The notes below the pieces were generated by a model that did not search any database, was not told where the DNA came from, and worked only from the letters and a program-made list of their open reading frames with translations. Source: an uncultured Alphaproteobacteria bacterium (GTDB lineage Bacteria > Pseudomonadota > Alphaproteobacteria > Rhizobiales > Xanthobacteraceae). Taken from it: a DNA stretch of 64,000 bases. The stretch is taken from positions 46,857-110,856 of the forward strand of contig CAWBPE010000002.1 in NCBI GenBank assembly GCA_963790595.1. The letters are read 5' to 3'. The position numbers and the translations under genes were made by a program. Each line of letters opens with the position of its first letter. Positions within the stretch are counted from its first letter, which is position 1. This document shows positions 17,404 through 25,349 of the stretch, in pieces.

Positions 17404-18706
17404 GATTGTCGACATTTTAGACCGGCATGATCCCCGACAGGTTGGGTTGGGCGGGCTTTTCACCCGGGTCGTGGAGCCCCTCGCGCTGCGGAGCGAACCG
17501 GGTGAAAAGCCCGCGACGGTCGATGAGACCGATATCCAGATCGCAGAAGCGCACGACGTGGTCGCCGGTCTCTCGCTCGAGAATGCCAACGAGTTCGTTC
17601 ACCAGCGCCTCGCCGATAAAGACGAACTCGCCCTTCCATTTGATCTCGCCGTTGCTGCGGACGCGCCGGACCTGGTGATCGGCATCATACCAGGGGTCTT
17701 CCGCTCGAGGCGGCATGGCGCGCTGGGACTGGATATAGGCCTGCGCCGGCGGCCGTTGGCCAAGCGCTTCGTGCGGGCGCTCCTGGTTGTAATGGCGACG
17801 GAAGTCGTCGAAGCGAACCTGTTGCTCGGGCGCGTTCCTGGCCGGCGGAGCCGAGGTCTGCGCCTTCAGCGTGCGGTGCATGCGCTCGTGCCGGCCGTTC
17901 TCCTGCGGCGAGGCTGGATGAATGAAGTGCGGCACGATGCCGAGCTTCAGCCACCAGGCCGACAGCTTGGTGAGACCGCCGGCGCCGCGCGAACCGAACG
18001 GCGATCCATTGTCGCAGCGGATCGCAGCGGGCAAGCCGTACTCGCGAAATGCTCGCTCAAAACAGGGCCGAACACCCTCGATGGTAGGATCGACGATCCG
18101 CAGTTCGATCAGGAAACGGCTGTGACTATCGGCCACCGTCAGAGGATCGATCCGCCGTTGGTCCCGGGTGCGGAACCATCCCTTGAAGTCGGTGCTCCAT
18201 TCGTCGTTGGCAGCTGTCACCGGCGTACAGGGCCGCCGTTGATCGAGTGGTTGACGGCGTCTCTTCACCGGTCTGACCAGACCTGCGCGCTTGAGAATGC
18301 TCCCGATCGTCGAGGCCGCGGGCCAGGCCATCTCCGGCGCCTCGCGCTCAAGTACCGCCAGAACCTTGCGCGGCCCCAGATACGGAAAACGCTGCCGAAC
18401 CGTAATCACCTTCTCGACGATTGCACCATCCGTAGTCTGACAACATCGCAACGGCGCATGCGAGCGATCCTCAAACCACCCCGCAGCGCCGCTCTCCTTG
18501 CGCTTGCGCCACTCATAAAACGTGTCGCGGCTAACCCCGTAGCGCCGGCAAAGCTCCGATACGCTCCAGTTCCCGCTTTCATACTCCAAAAGCATCCGAA
18601 CACGCTCTTCCATCCGACCGGTCTCTCTAAATGGCATCGGAGGGCCCTCCCTACGATGCATTCTGAAACCTGTCGGGGATCATCCCGGTCTAAATTGTCG
18701 GGAATC
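17404..18706 (-). mobile_element. IS481-family insertion sequence (about 1.3 kb)
   Basis: The 39-bp imperfect terminal inverted repeats match at 35/39 positions: GATTGTCGACATTTTAGACCGGCATGATCCCCGACAGGT at 17404-17442 and ACCTGTCGGGGATCATCCCGGTCTAAATTGTCGGGAATC at 18668-18706. They enclose a single DDE transposase ORF. Weaker similarity may extend 10-30 bp outward, so the ends are approximate. Confidence 0.8.
17417..18637 (-). CDS. IS481-family transposase (HTH + rve integrase core)
   Basis: MPFRETGRMEERVRMLLEYESGNWSVSELCRRYGVSRDTFYEWRKR (HTH). The integrase core carries W-S-T-D-F, CDNGSPF and NGRHERMHRTLK. The ORF-track start at 18661 lies 8 codons upstream. Confidence 0.88.
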   Translation of the reverse strand: MPFRETGRMEERVRMLLEYESGNWSVSELCRRYGVSRDTFYEWRKRKESGAAGWFEDRSHAPLRCCQTTDGAIVEKVITVRQRFPYLGPRKVLAVLEREAPEMAWPAASTIGSILKRAGLVRPVKRRRQPLDQRRPCTPVTAANDEWSTDFKGWFRTRDQRRIDPLTVADSHSRFLIELRIVDPTIEGVRPCFERAFREYGLPAAIRCDNGSPFGSRGAGGLTKLSAWWLKLGIVPHFIHPASPQENGRHERMHRTLKAQTSAPPARNAPEQQVRFDDFRRHYNQERPHEALGQRPPAQAYIQSQRAMPPRAEDPWYDADHQVRRVRSNGEIKWKGEFVFIGEALVNELVGILERETGDHVVRFCDLDIGLIDRRGLFTRFAPQREGLHDPGEKPAQPNLSGIMPV

Positions 18707-19166
18707 TATCCGGTCTGCACCAGACCTGAACCCCTCACCCCAACCCTCTCCCACAAGGGGAGAGGGGGCTCACCGCCGTTGCTGAAGCATCGTGCTCCAT
18801 GAGCGCCCACCCTCTACCCGACGGGCAAATCACGTCACCTTCCGCTAATCGATTGTCCAGCCCCTTCGCGAAAAATATTCTGATTTTCAGAAATACCGAA
18901 TCACATTAAATTCCCCGCCGTCTCGCGCCCACCCAGAGGGGCGTTTCGCGATCGTCACGGACGTAGGGCGCGGGATGCGGTGGACGCTGGGTGCCGTGAG
19001 ACGAACGGCATGAAGCGGACGGCGAAGTCGTGTGGTCCTGATGCCCCGACGCTGGCATCAAGTTTCTGGGAAGCAAGTTTCTCTTGAGAAGCAAGCTTCT
19101 TGGGGGTGACGGTGGCAAAAGAGCCCGGTCACCGGGGAGAGCACGAAATAGGCTGTTAAAACCACT

Positions 19167-19275
19167 GCGCGGGGAATGCCGGGTGTTTCCGGTGTGACCG
19201 TGGTGACTAACGCGCGTGTTTACTACCCACTACACGCGCGGCTGCGGGCGCACCAGCGCCCGGCATTCCCTGCGC
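19167..19275. repeat. nested-hairpin element between the two IS copies
   Basis: The outer inverted repeat is GCGCGGGGAATGCCGGG (19167-19183) with CCCGGCATTCCCTGCGC (19259-19275), matching at 16/17. The inner perfect inverted repeat is CGCGCGTGT (19211-19219) with ACACGCGCG (19232-19240). Confidence 0.6.
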
Positions 19276-19486
19276 CCTCTGATGGAGGGCGGGAAGTTGA
19301 TGGCATAACTCGGGCGAAACGCGCCGCGGGAATGCGAAGGTGTGTTTGGTTCTCCCTCGCCCCGTTCTTACGGGGAGAGGGTTGGGGTGAGGGGCTGCTT
19401 CCGCGAGCGACGCGCGTTGAGAGTCCCTGAACCTCCCCCGAATTGGTGGACACCTGTAGTAGGCTCTCAGAGCCAGGAGGTGTCGG

Positions 19487-19801
19487 ATGGAAGGACGTCC
19501 ACGTCGGTCGTTTACGGACGACTATAAGCAGCAAGCTGTTGATCTGGTGGCTTCGAGCGGTCGATCGATCGGTTCGGTAGCCAAGGAGCTTGGGCTGCGT
19601 GATTCGGTATTACGGCGCTGGGTCGAGCGCATGGGGCGCGGGCCGACGGCAGCGCCGCGGCTCCCCACACAGCAAGCGGTGCTGCCGTCGGCAGACCAGG
19701 CTGCGGAGATCGCCCGTTTGCAGCAGGAGAACGAGCGGCTGCGGATGGAGCGCGACATTTTAAAAAAGTCGATCGCGATCTTTGCTGGAGTTCGGACATG
19801 A
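19487..19801 (+). CDS. IS3-family transposase OrfA (HTH)
   Basis: MEGRPRRSFTDDYKQQAVDLVASSGRSIGSVAKELGLRDSVLRRWV... followed by a leucine-zipper-like segment. Confidence 0.9.
   Translation: MEGRPRRSFTDDYKQQAVDLVASSGRSIGSVAKELGLRDSVLRRWVERMGRGPTAAPRLPTQQAVLPSADQAAEIARLQQENERLRMERDILKKSIAIFAGVRT
19762..19768 (+). other. programmed -1 ribosomal frameshift heptamer A_AAA_AAG of the IS3 element
   Basis: In the orfA frame the codons read TTA AAA AAG (L K K). A -1 slip enters the orfB frame (orfA frame 2, orfB frame 1). Confidence 0.75.
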
Positions 19802-20658
19802 GGTTCCGCTTCATCGAAGATCACCGCACCGATTACCCGATAAGGATCATGTGCGGTGCGCTCGCCGTCTCGCCGGCCGGCTATTATGCTTGGCGCTCAC
19901 GTCCGCAGAGCCAGCGGTCCGCCGCCAATCGTGACCTCATCGATGACATCAAGCGGGTTCATCGTGACACCTGCGGGCGCTATGGCAGCCCGCGTATTCA
20001 TGTTGAGTTGACGGCCCAGGGTCGCGGGGTGAGCCATGGCCGCATCGAGCGGTTGATGCGCCATCATGGTATCAGGGCCATCATGGCGCGGCCACGCAGA
20101 GCGCGAACCACCGACAGCCGTCACGATTACCCGATCGCCCCGAACCTGATCGACCGGAACTTCATCGCCGCCGCGCCTAACCGGATCTGGCTCGCCGACA
20201 TCACCTATATCGAGACCGATCAGGGCTGGCTTTATCTCGCAGCCGTCATGGACCTCTGCAGCCGCAGGATCGTCGGCTGGGCGATGGACGATCATTTGCG
20301 CACCGAACTGCCCTTGGCGGCCCTCAATATGGCGACATCAACCCGACCGACTGATGCCAATCTGATCCACCACTCCGACCGGGGCGTTCAATACGCATCG
20401 ACCGACTACCGCAACGCGCTTCGCTCGGCCGGCTTCCAGGTCTCGATGAGCCGCAAGGCCGACTGCTATGACAACGCGCCGATGGAAAGCTTCTTCCACA
20501 CCCTCAAAACGGAGCTCGTTCATCACCGGCATTATGCAACACGAGCGCAGGCCAAACGTGATATCTTTGCTTACATCGAAGGCTTCTACAACCGCACGCG
20601 CCGCCACTCGGCCATCGGTTATAGAAGCCCGATCGAGATGGAGCTAAAAGCAGCTTAA
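19798..20658 (+). CDS. IS3-family transposase OrfB (rve integrase core, DDE)
   Basis: WLADITYIETDQGWLYLAAVMDLCSRRIVGWAM...HHSDRGVQYAS...DCYDNAPMESFFHTLKTE. Confidence 0.92.
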   Translation: MRFRFIEDHRTDYPIRIMCGALAVSPAGYYAWRSRPQSQRSAANRDLIDDIKRVHRDTCGRYGSPRIHVELTAQGRGVSHGRIERLMRHHGIRAIMARPRRARTTDSRHDYPIAPNLIDRNFIAAAPNRIWLADITYIETDQGWLYLAAVMDLCSRRIVGWAMDDHLRTELPLAALNMATSTRPTDANLIHHSDRGVQYASTDYRNALRSAGFQVSMSRKADCYDNAPMESFFHTLKTELVHHRHYATRAQAKRDIFAYIEGFYNRTRRHSAIGYRSPIEMELKAA

Positions 20659-20738
20659 CCCTGTCCACTTTTTTGGGGGAAGATCAGCACCGCTGTTTTG
20701 AAATTCGAATCCGAGAAACCAGCAACACACCCGGTGCG

Positions 20739-20838
20739 CTCTCTCCCCCCTTGCGGGGGAGAGTTGGAGAGGGGGTAGACGCAAGCACCGCCGTTGCGGC
20801 TACCCCCCTCCCTGACCCTCCCCCGCAAGGGGGGAGGG
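20739..20838. repeat. two adjacent Family D repeats
   Basis: CTCTCTCCCCCCTTGCGGGGGAGAGTTGGAGAGGGGG ... GCTACCCCCCTCCCTGACCCTCCCCCGCAAGGGGGGAGGG. Confidence 0.8.
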
Positions 20839-20994
20839 AAAAGAACGAGCGAGCATGACGAGATCGCGAGTGATGCGGTGGGCACGCTGGCGCTTTGCCC
20901 ACCCTGCGTAATCGAATACAGTGGCCCAACATAAAAGCCGCCGGGAGAGAACAAAAAATGTCTAACAAAAAATTCAGAACTCTCGCGCCGGCAC

Positions 20995-21966
20995 GTGCTG
21001 CGCAGCGCGGGCCTTGCGATCACAGCCGCCGCCACCTCGCGCCTCGGCCTGCAAAGCGCCCGCGCCGCCAGCTATCCCGATCGCCCGATCAAGATCATCG
21101 TGCCGTTCGCGCCCGCCGGCCCGACCGACATCATGGCCAGAATCCTGGCGCAGAATCTTGGCGCTGCGATCGGCGGCAATATCATCACCGAGAATCGCTC
21201 CGGCGCCGGCGGCAATATCGGGATCGGTTTTGTCAGCCATGCCGAGCCGGATGGTTACACGCTCCTGGTGTCCTCCAGCGCCTATGTCGTCAATCCCGGG
21301 CTCTACGCCAAAGTGCCCTACGATCCCTACAAGGATTTCGCGCCGGTCGCCGAGCTCGGCACCTCGCCGAATGTGATCCTGATCGATCCCAAGCTCGGGA
21401 TTAACTCCATCGCCGAATTGATCGCGCGCGCCAAGGCGCATCCGGATGAGTTGAATTATGCCAGCCCCGGCATCGGCACCACGCCGCATCTGTCCGGCGA
21501 GTTGCTCAAGATCGCAGCCGGAATCAATATCACCCATGTGCCGTTCTCGGGGGCGGCGCCCGCGATCCAGGCGCTGCTCGGCGGCGTCACGCAGATGGCG
21601 GTCGCGGCACTGCCGCCCGCGCATCCCTATATCGAATCCGGCGCGCTCAAGGCGCTCGCCACAACCGGCGCGCATCGCTGGTTCGATATCAAGGACGTGC
21701 CGACCATGGTCGAACTTGGCTACAAGGATTTCATCGCCGAAACATTCCAGGCGTTTCTGGCGCCGGCCAAAACCCCGCCCGAGATTATCGAAAAGCTGGC
21801 CGCGAAATCGATCGAGGTGCTGAAGCGGCCCGACATCAACAAACAGCTGCTCGACAACGGCTTCGAAGTCATCGCCAACGGCCCCGAAGGATTGCGCAAG
21901 CGCATCGCGGAGGAAGTGCCGAAGTGGCGCGAGCTGATTGCGAAAGCGGGGATACAGCCAGTGTGA
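20995..21966 (+). CDS. Bug-family (TctC-like) tripartite tricarboxylate transporter substrate-binding protein; N-terminus possibly disrupted by a frameshift
   Basis: YPDRPIKIIVPFAPAGPTDIMARILAQNLG...ELNYASPGIGTTPHLSGELL is the typical Bug pattern. The only in-frame start is the GTG at 20995. See the finding on the A6 tract at 20967-20972. Confidence 0.85.
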   Translation: MLRSAGLAITAAATSRLGLQSARAASYPDRPIKIIVPFAPAGPTDIMARILAQNLGAAIGGNIITENRSGAGGNIGIGFVSHAEPDGYTLLVSSSAYVVNPGLYAKVPYDPYKDFAPVAELGTSPNVILIDPKLGINSIAELIARAKAHPDELNYASPGIGTTPHLSGELLKIAAGINITHVPFSGAAPAIQALLGGVTQMAVAALPPAHPYIESGALKALATTGAHRWFDIKDVPTMVELGYKDFIAETFQAFLAPAKTPPEIIEKLAAKSIEVLKRPDINKQLLDNGFEVIANGPEGLRKRIAEEVPKWRELIAKAGIQPV

Positions 21967-22016
21967 CTCAGTGTTGTTGCGATGAATGCGCGCTCGCGAA
22001 GCAATACAGGTGCGCT

Positions 22017-22132
22017 CCCTCTCCCCTTGTGGGAGAGGGTTGGGGTGAGGGGTCCAGGTCTATCGATAGTCCGTAACCCCTCACCCGTATCGCATCTGCG
22101 ATGCGATACGACCTCTCCCACAAGGGGAGAGG
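22017..22132. repeat. intact composite Family D element
   Basis: CCCTCTCCCCTTGTGGGAGAGGG-TTGGGGTGAGGGG-TCCAGGTCTATCGATAGTCCGTA-ACCCCTCACCC-GTATCGCATCTGCGATGCGATAC-GACCTCTCCCACAAGGGGAGAGG. Confidence 0.85.
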
Positions 22133-22172
22133 TAAGAAAGAAAAACGAAAGAAAGAAACGAAAGGACCCCTC

Positions 22173-22859
22173 GTGAAGATCGTCGACCTGAGCCGTGAGC
22201 TTTACCACCGCACCCCGTCTTACCCCGGCCATTCCGCCATCATCCACGGCGTCTGGAAGACGCATGAAGAGTCATTCGCCGATGGCGGCAATGTGCATGG
22301 GCTGGCGTCGATGTACTTCGCGATGCCCGATCACGGCGGCACGCACATCGATGCGCCGCGCCACTTCGACAAGACGGGCCAGCCGATCAACGAATACCCG
22401 CTGGAAAACTGCATCGTGCCCGGCATCGCGCTCGATCTGCGCCACATCGCGCCGCGCGCGGAAATCACACCCGCCGATCTCGAAGCCGCGGTGAAGAAGG
22501 CCGGCGTGGAGATTCCGAAGGGCGGCACGGTGTTGCTGTGCACCGGCCATCACGAGCGCACGTTCCCGCGCAAGGAATACGGCACCGAAAATTCCGGCGT
22601 CAACGTCAAGGCTACCGAGTGGCTGGCCAAACACGGCATCGTCCATTTCGGCATCGACTCGATGCGGCCGGGGCCGGAGGGCCGAGAGAATTTGCTGGTG
22701 CACAAGGCCTGCTTCGATCTCGGCATCACCCACATCGAGAGCCTGTGCAATCTGGAAGCAATTTTGGGCGAAGGACCGTTTACGTTTATCGGCCTGCCGA
22801 TGAAATGGCGCGGCGGCACCGGCTCGCCGATCCGCGCGGTGGCGGTGTTCGGGATGTGA
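22173..22859 (+). CDS. cyclase family protein (kynurenine-formamidase-like metal hydrolase)
   Basis: The GTG at 22173 is preceded by AAAGGA; the track ORF start at 22101 lies inside the repeat. The metal motif DHGGTHIDAPRHF (HxGTHxDxPxH) is present. Confidence 0.8.
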   Translation: MKIVDLSRELYHRTPSYPGHSAIIHGVWKTHEESFADGGNVHGLASMYFAMPDHGGTHIDAPRHFDKTGQPINEYPLENCIVPGIALDLRHIAPRAEITPADLEAAVKKAGVEIPKGGTVLLCTGHHERTFPRKEYGTENSGVNVKATEWLAKHGIVHFGIDSMRPGPEGRENLLVHKACFDLGITHIESLCNLEAILGEGPFTFIGLPMKWRGGTGSPIRAVAVFGM

Positions 22860-22887
22860 GGGGGGTGAGGGGGGTGACGTTTATCCT

Positions 22888-22978
22888 CTCGTCATGGCCG
22901 GGCTTGACCCGGCCATCCACGTCTTGCTTCGGCGGAACAGAAAGACGTGGATGCCCGGGTCAAGCCCGGGCATGACGA
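22888..22978. repeat. Family C palindromic repeat
   Basis: CTCGTCATGGCCGGGCTTGACCCGGCCATCCACGTC...GACGTGGATGCCCGGGTCAAGCCCGGGCATGACGA. Confidence 0.85.
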
Positions 22979-23010
22979 CCAACTTAGGTTGCCGCAGAAT
23001 GACGGTTCGT

Positions 23011-24123
23011 CTACCTCGCCCCGAACGTCGTCGCGCCGAACAGCTCCTTCTGCGTCGAGGGCTGCGAGCGCCAATATTGCGGCGGCGCGTCGACATGGCC
23101 GCCGAGCTCGGCGGCGGCGTGCCAGGCCCAGCGCGGGTCGTAGAGCATGCCGCGCGCCAGTGCGACCATGTCGGCTTTGCCCGACGCGAGAATCTCCTCG
23201 GCCTGCTTCGCCTGTGTGATCAGGCCGACCGCCATCGTGGTCAATCCCGTGGCTTCCTTGATGCCCTGCGCCAGCGGCACCTGATAGCCGGGCGACAGCG
23301 GAATCTTCTGCAGCGGCGACACGCCGCCGGAGGACGCATCGATCCAGTCGACGCCGCGCTTTTTCAATTCCTTCGCAAGCTCGATGGTCTGCGCGAGATC
23401 CCAGCCGCCCTCGACCCAATCGGTCGCCGACACCTTGACGCCGACAGGCTTATTATCGGGAAACGCCGCGCGCACCGCGTCGAACACTTCGAGCGGATAG
23501 CGCATGCGATTTTGCAAGGAGCCGCCATATTGATCGGTGCGCTTGTTGGCGATCGGCGACAGGAATTCATGCGTCAGATAGCCGTGCGCGAAATGCAATT
23601 CCAGCGCGTCGATGCCGAGCCGCTCGGCGCGCTTGGCCGCCGACACAAATGCTTCCGTGATGCGCGTCATCCCGGCGGCATCGAGCGCGAGCGGCGCGGC
23701 TTCGCCTTCCTTGTGCGGCACCGCCGACGGCGCCACGGTCTGCCAACCACCCTCGGCAATCGGGATCTGCTGGCCGCCTTTCCAGGGCTGGTGGCTCGAT
23801 CCCTTGCGGCCGGCATGCGCGAGCTGCATCGCGACCGCGGCTTTCGAATGCTTGCGGATCGAGGCGAGAATGGGCTTCAGCGCCGCTTCGGTGGCGTCGT
23901 TATACAGCCCGAGGCAGCCCGGCGTGATGCGGCCGATCGGCTCGACATGGGTGGCCTCGATGCAGAACATCGCAGCACCCGACAGCGCCATCGTGTTCAT
24001 ATGGGTGAAGTGCCAGTCATTGGCCGCGCCGTTCTCGGCCGAGTACTGGCACATCGGCGCCACCATGATGCGATTGGGAAGAGTGAGGTCGCGCAGCTTG
24101 ATCGGCGAAAACAAAGCGCTCAT
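23011..24123 (-). CDS. NADH:flavin oxidoreductase, Old Yellow Enzyme family
   Basis: LPNRIMVAPMCQYSA...WHFTHM...QLAHAGRKGS...FAHGYLTHEFLSPIANKRTDQYGGSLQNR. Confidence 0.9.
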   Translation of the reverse strand: MSALFSPIKLRDLTLPNRIMVAPMCQYSAENGAANDWHFTHMNTMALSGAAMFCIEATHVEPIGRITPGCLGLYNDATEAALKPILASIRKHSKAAVAMQLAHAGRKGSSHQPWKGGQQIPIAEGGWQTVAPSAVPHKEGEAAPLALDAAGMTRITEAFVSAAKRAERLGIDALELHFAHGYLTHEFLSPIANKRTDQYGGSLQNRMRYPLEVFDAVRAAFPDNKPVGVKVSATDWVEGGWDLAQTIELAKELKKRGVDWIDASSGGVSPLQKIPLSPGYQVPLAQGIKEATGLTTMAVGLITQAKQAEEILASGKADMVALARGMLYDPRWAWHAAAELGGHVDAPPQYWRSQPSTQKELFGATTFGAR

Positions 24124-24165
24124 GGCGTTATCCTGACAAAAAGTGGATCGGCTGAGATTTCTATA

Positions 24166-24278
24166 CCTCTCCCATCGGGAGAGGTCGAATTTCGAACGCG
24201 TGAGAAATTCGGGTGAGGGGTTACGGTCTATCGATATACCTTACCCCCTCACCCCAACCCTCTCCCCATGGGAGAGGG
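24166..24278. repeat. composite Family D element
   Basis: CCTCTCCCATCGGGAGAGG...GGGTGAGGGGTTACGGTCTATCGATATACCTTACCCCCTCACCCCAACCCTCTCCCCATGGGAGAGGG. Confidence 0.85.
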
Positions 24279-24323
24279 AGCGCACCGCTGTTGTATTGCG
24301 CAGCGGGGAAGCGACGCTTTGAA

Positions 24324-25286
24324 CTACGGTTGAATCCCCGCGGCCTTGACCACGGCATGGAAATCCGCGGTCTCGCGCGCCATGAACGCATCCATCTCAG
24401 TCGTGGTCATCGGCTGGGTTTCGACGCCGAGTTTCTTCAGCGCGGCCTGCGTCGCGGGCTCGGCCAGCAGTTTTTCGCCGGCGGTATGGAATTTCTCGAC
24501 AATGTCGCGCGGCGTCTTCGCCGGCATGAACACGCCGAGCCAGAAGACGCTGTCGGCATTCTTCAGGCCGATATCGACCGGCGTCGGCACATCGGGCAAT
24601 TCCGCCACGCGCTTCGGCGTCGATACCACCAGCGCGCGGACGCGGCCTTCCTGGATCAGCGGCAGCGCGGTCGCGAGCGGACAGAAATAAAAATCGATCC
24701 GGCCGCCGACAATATCGGCGATCACTTCGGCGCCGCCCCGGTAAGGCACATGGGTGGTTTCGATACCCGCGGCAAGGCGGAATTTCTCGGCGCTGATATG
24801 CACCGCACTGCCGACGCCGACCGAGCCGAACACAATCGATCCCGGCTTGGCTTTGGCAGCGGCGATGAATTCCTGAATGGTCTTCCACGGCCGCGACGGC
24901 GGCACGATCATCACATTGGCGCTGAAGCCGATCATCAAGGCGGAGGTGAGGTCCTTATTGGGATCAAAGGAGAGATTGGGATAGATCGCCGGCGCGATCG
25001 CCAGCGCGGAGGATTGCGCGAGAATGCTGTAGCCATCCGGATCGGCCTTCACGACCATCGCACTTCCGAGCGTGCCGCCGGCACCGGGACGGTTTTCGAT
25101 CACGATGGATTGACCGATCTCGGCCGACAGCCGGTCGAACACCAGCCGCGGCACCACATCCGCCGCGCTGCCGGCACCGAACGGTATAGTCGCCCGGATC
25201 AGCCGCGACGGCCAGTTCTCCGCCTGCGCGGTTGCGGCGGAAAGGCTCAAGAGAAGGCAGATCGCATGGATCGATTTGTTCATCAT
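24324..25286 (-). CDS. Bug-family (TctC-like) substrate-binding protein
   Basis: MMNKSIHAICLLLSLSAATAQAENWPSRLIRATIPFGAGSAADVVPR... The start is taken at Met 11 of the track ORF, which gives a Sec-type signal. Confidence 0.85.
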   Translation of the reverse strand: MMNKSIHAICLLLSLSAATAQAENWPSRLIRATIPFGAGSAADVVPRLVFDRLSAEIGQSIVIENRPGAGGTLGSAMVVKADPDGYSILAQSSALAIAPAIYPNLSFDPNKDLTSALMIGFSANVMIVPPSRPWKTIQEFIAAAKAKPGSIVFGSVGVGSAVHISAEKFRLAAGIETTHVPYRGGAEVIADIVGGRIDFYFCPLATALPLIQEGRVRALVVSTPKRVAELPDVPTPVDIGLKNADSVFWLGVFMPAKTPRDIVEKFHTAGEKLLAEPATQAALKKLGVETQPMTTTEMDAFMARETADFHAVVKAAGIQP

Positions 25287-25349
25287 CACTCCGGTTTCTC
25301 GCAACCTTCTTTGCAAGAACCGTTCCGTCTGACAATCGTTATTGCCGCA

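Larger units (their letters stand above)
19428..20686 (+). mobile_element. IS3-family (IS407-group-like) insertion sequence, 1259 bp
   Basis: Left end TGAACCTCCCCCGAATTGGTGGACACC; reverse complement of right end TGATCTTCCCCCAAAAAAGTGGACAGG. orfA and orfB overlap and a slippery heptamer is present. No flanking direct repeat is seen (TCCC versus GCAC). Confidence 0.85.

Noticed and set aside
20703-20716. TTCGAATCC, a tRNA T-loop-like string just outside the IS3 right end (possible tRNA fragment or integration target)
   Set aside because: The flanking bases cannot form a T-stem (TGAAA versus CCGAG), and there is no acceptor or anticodon arm. I found no tRNA anywhere in the window.
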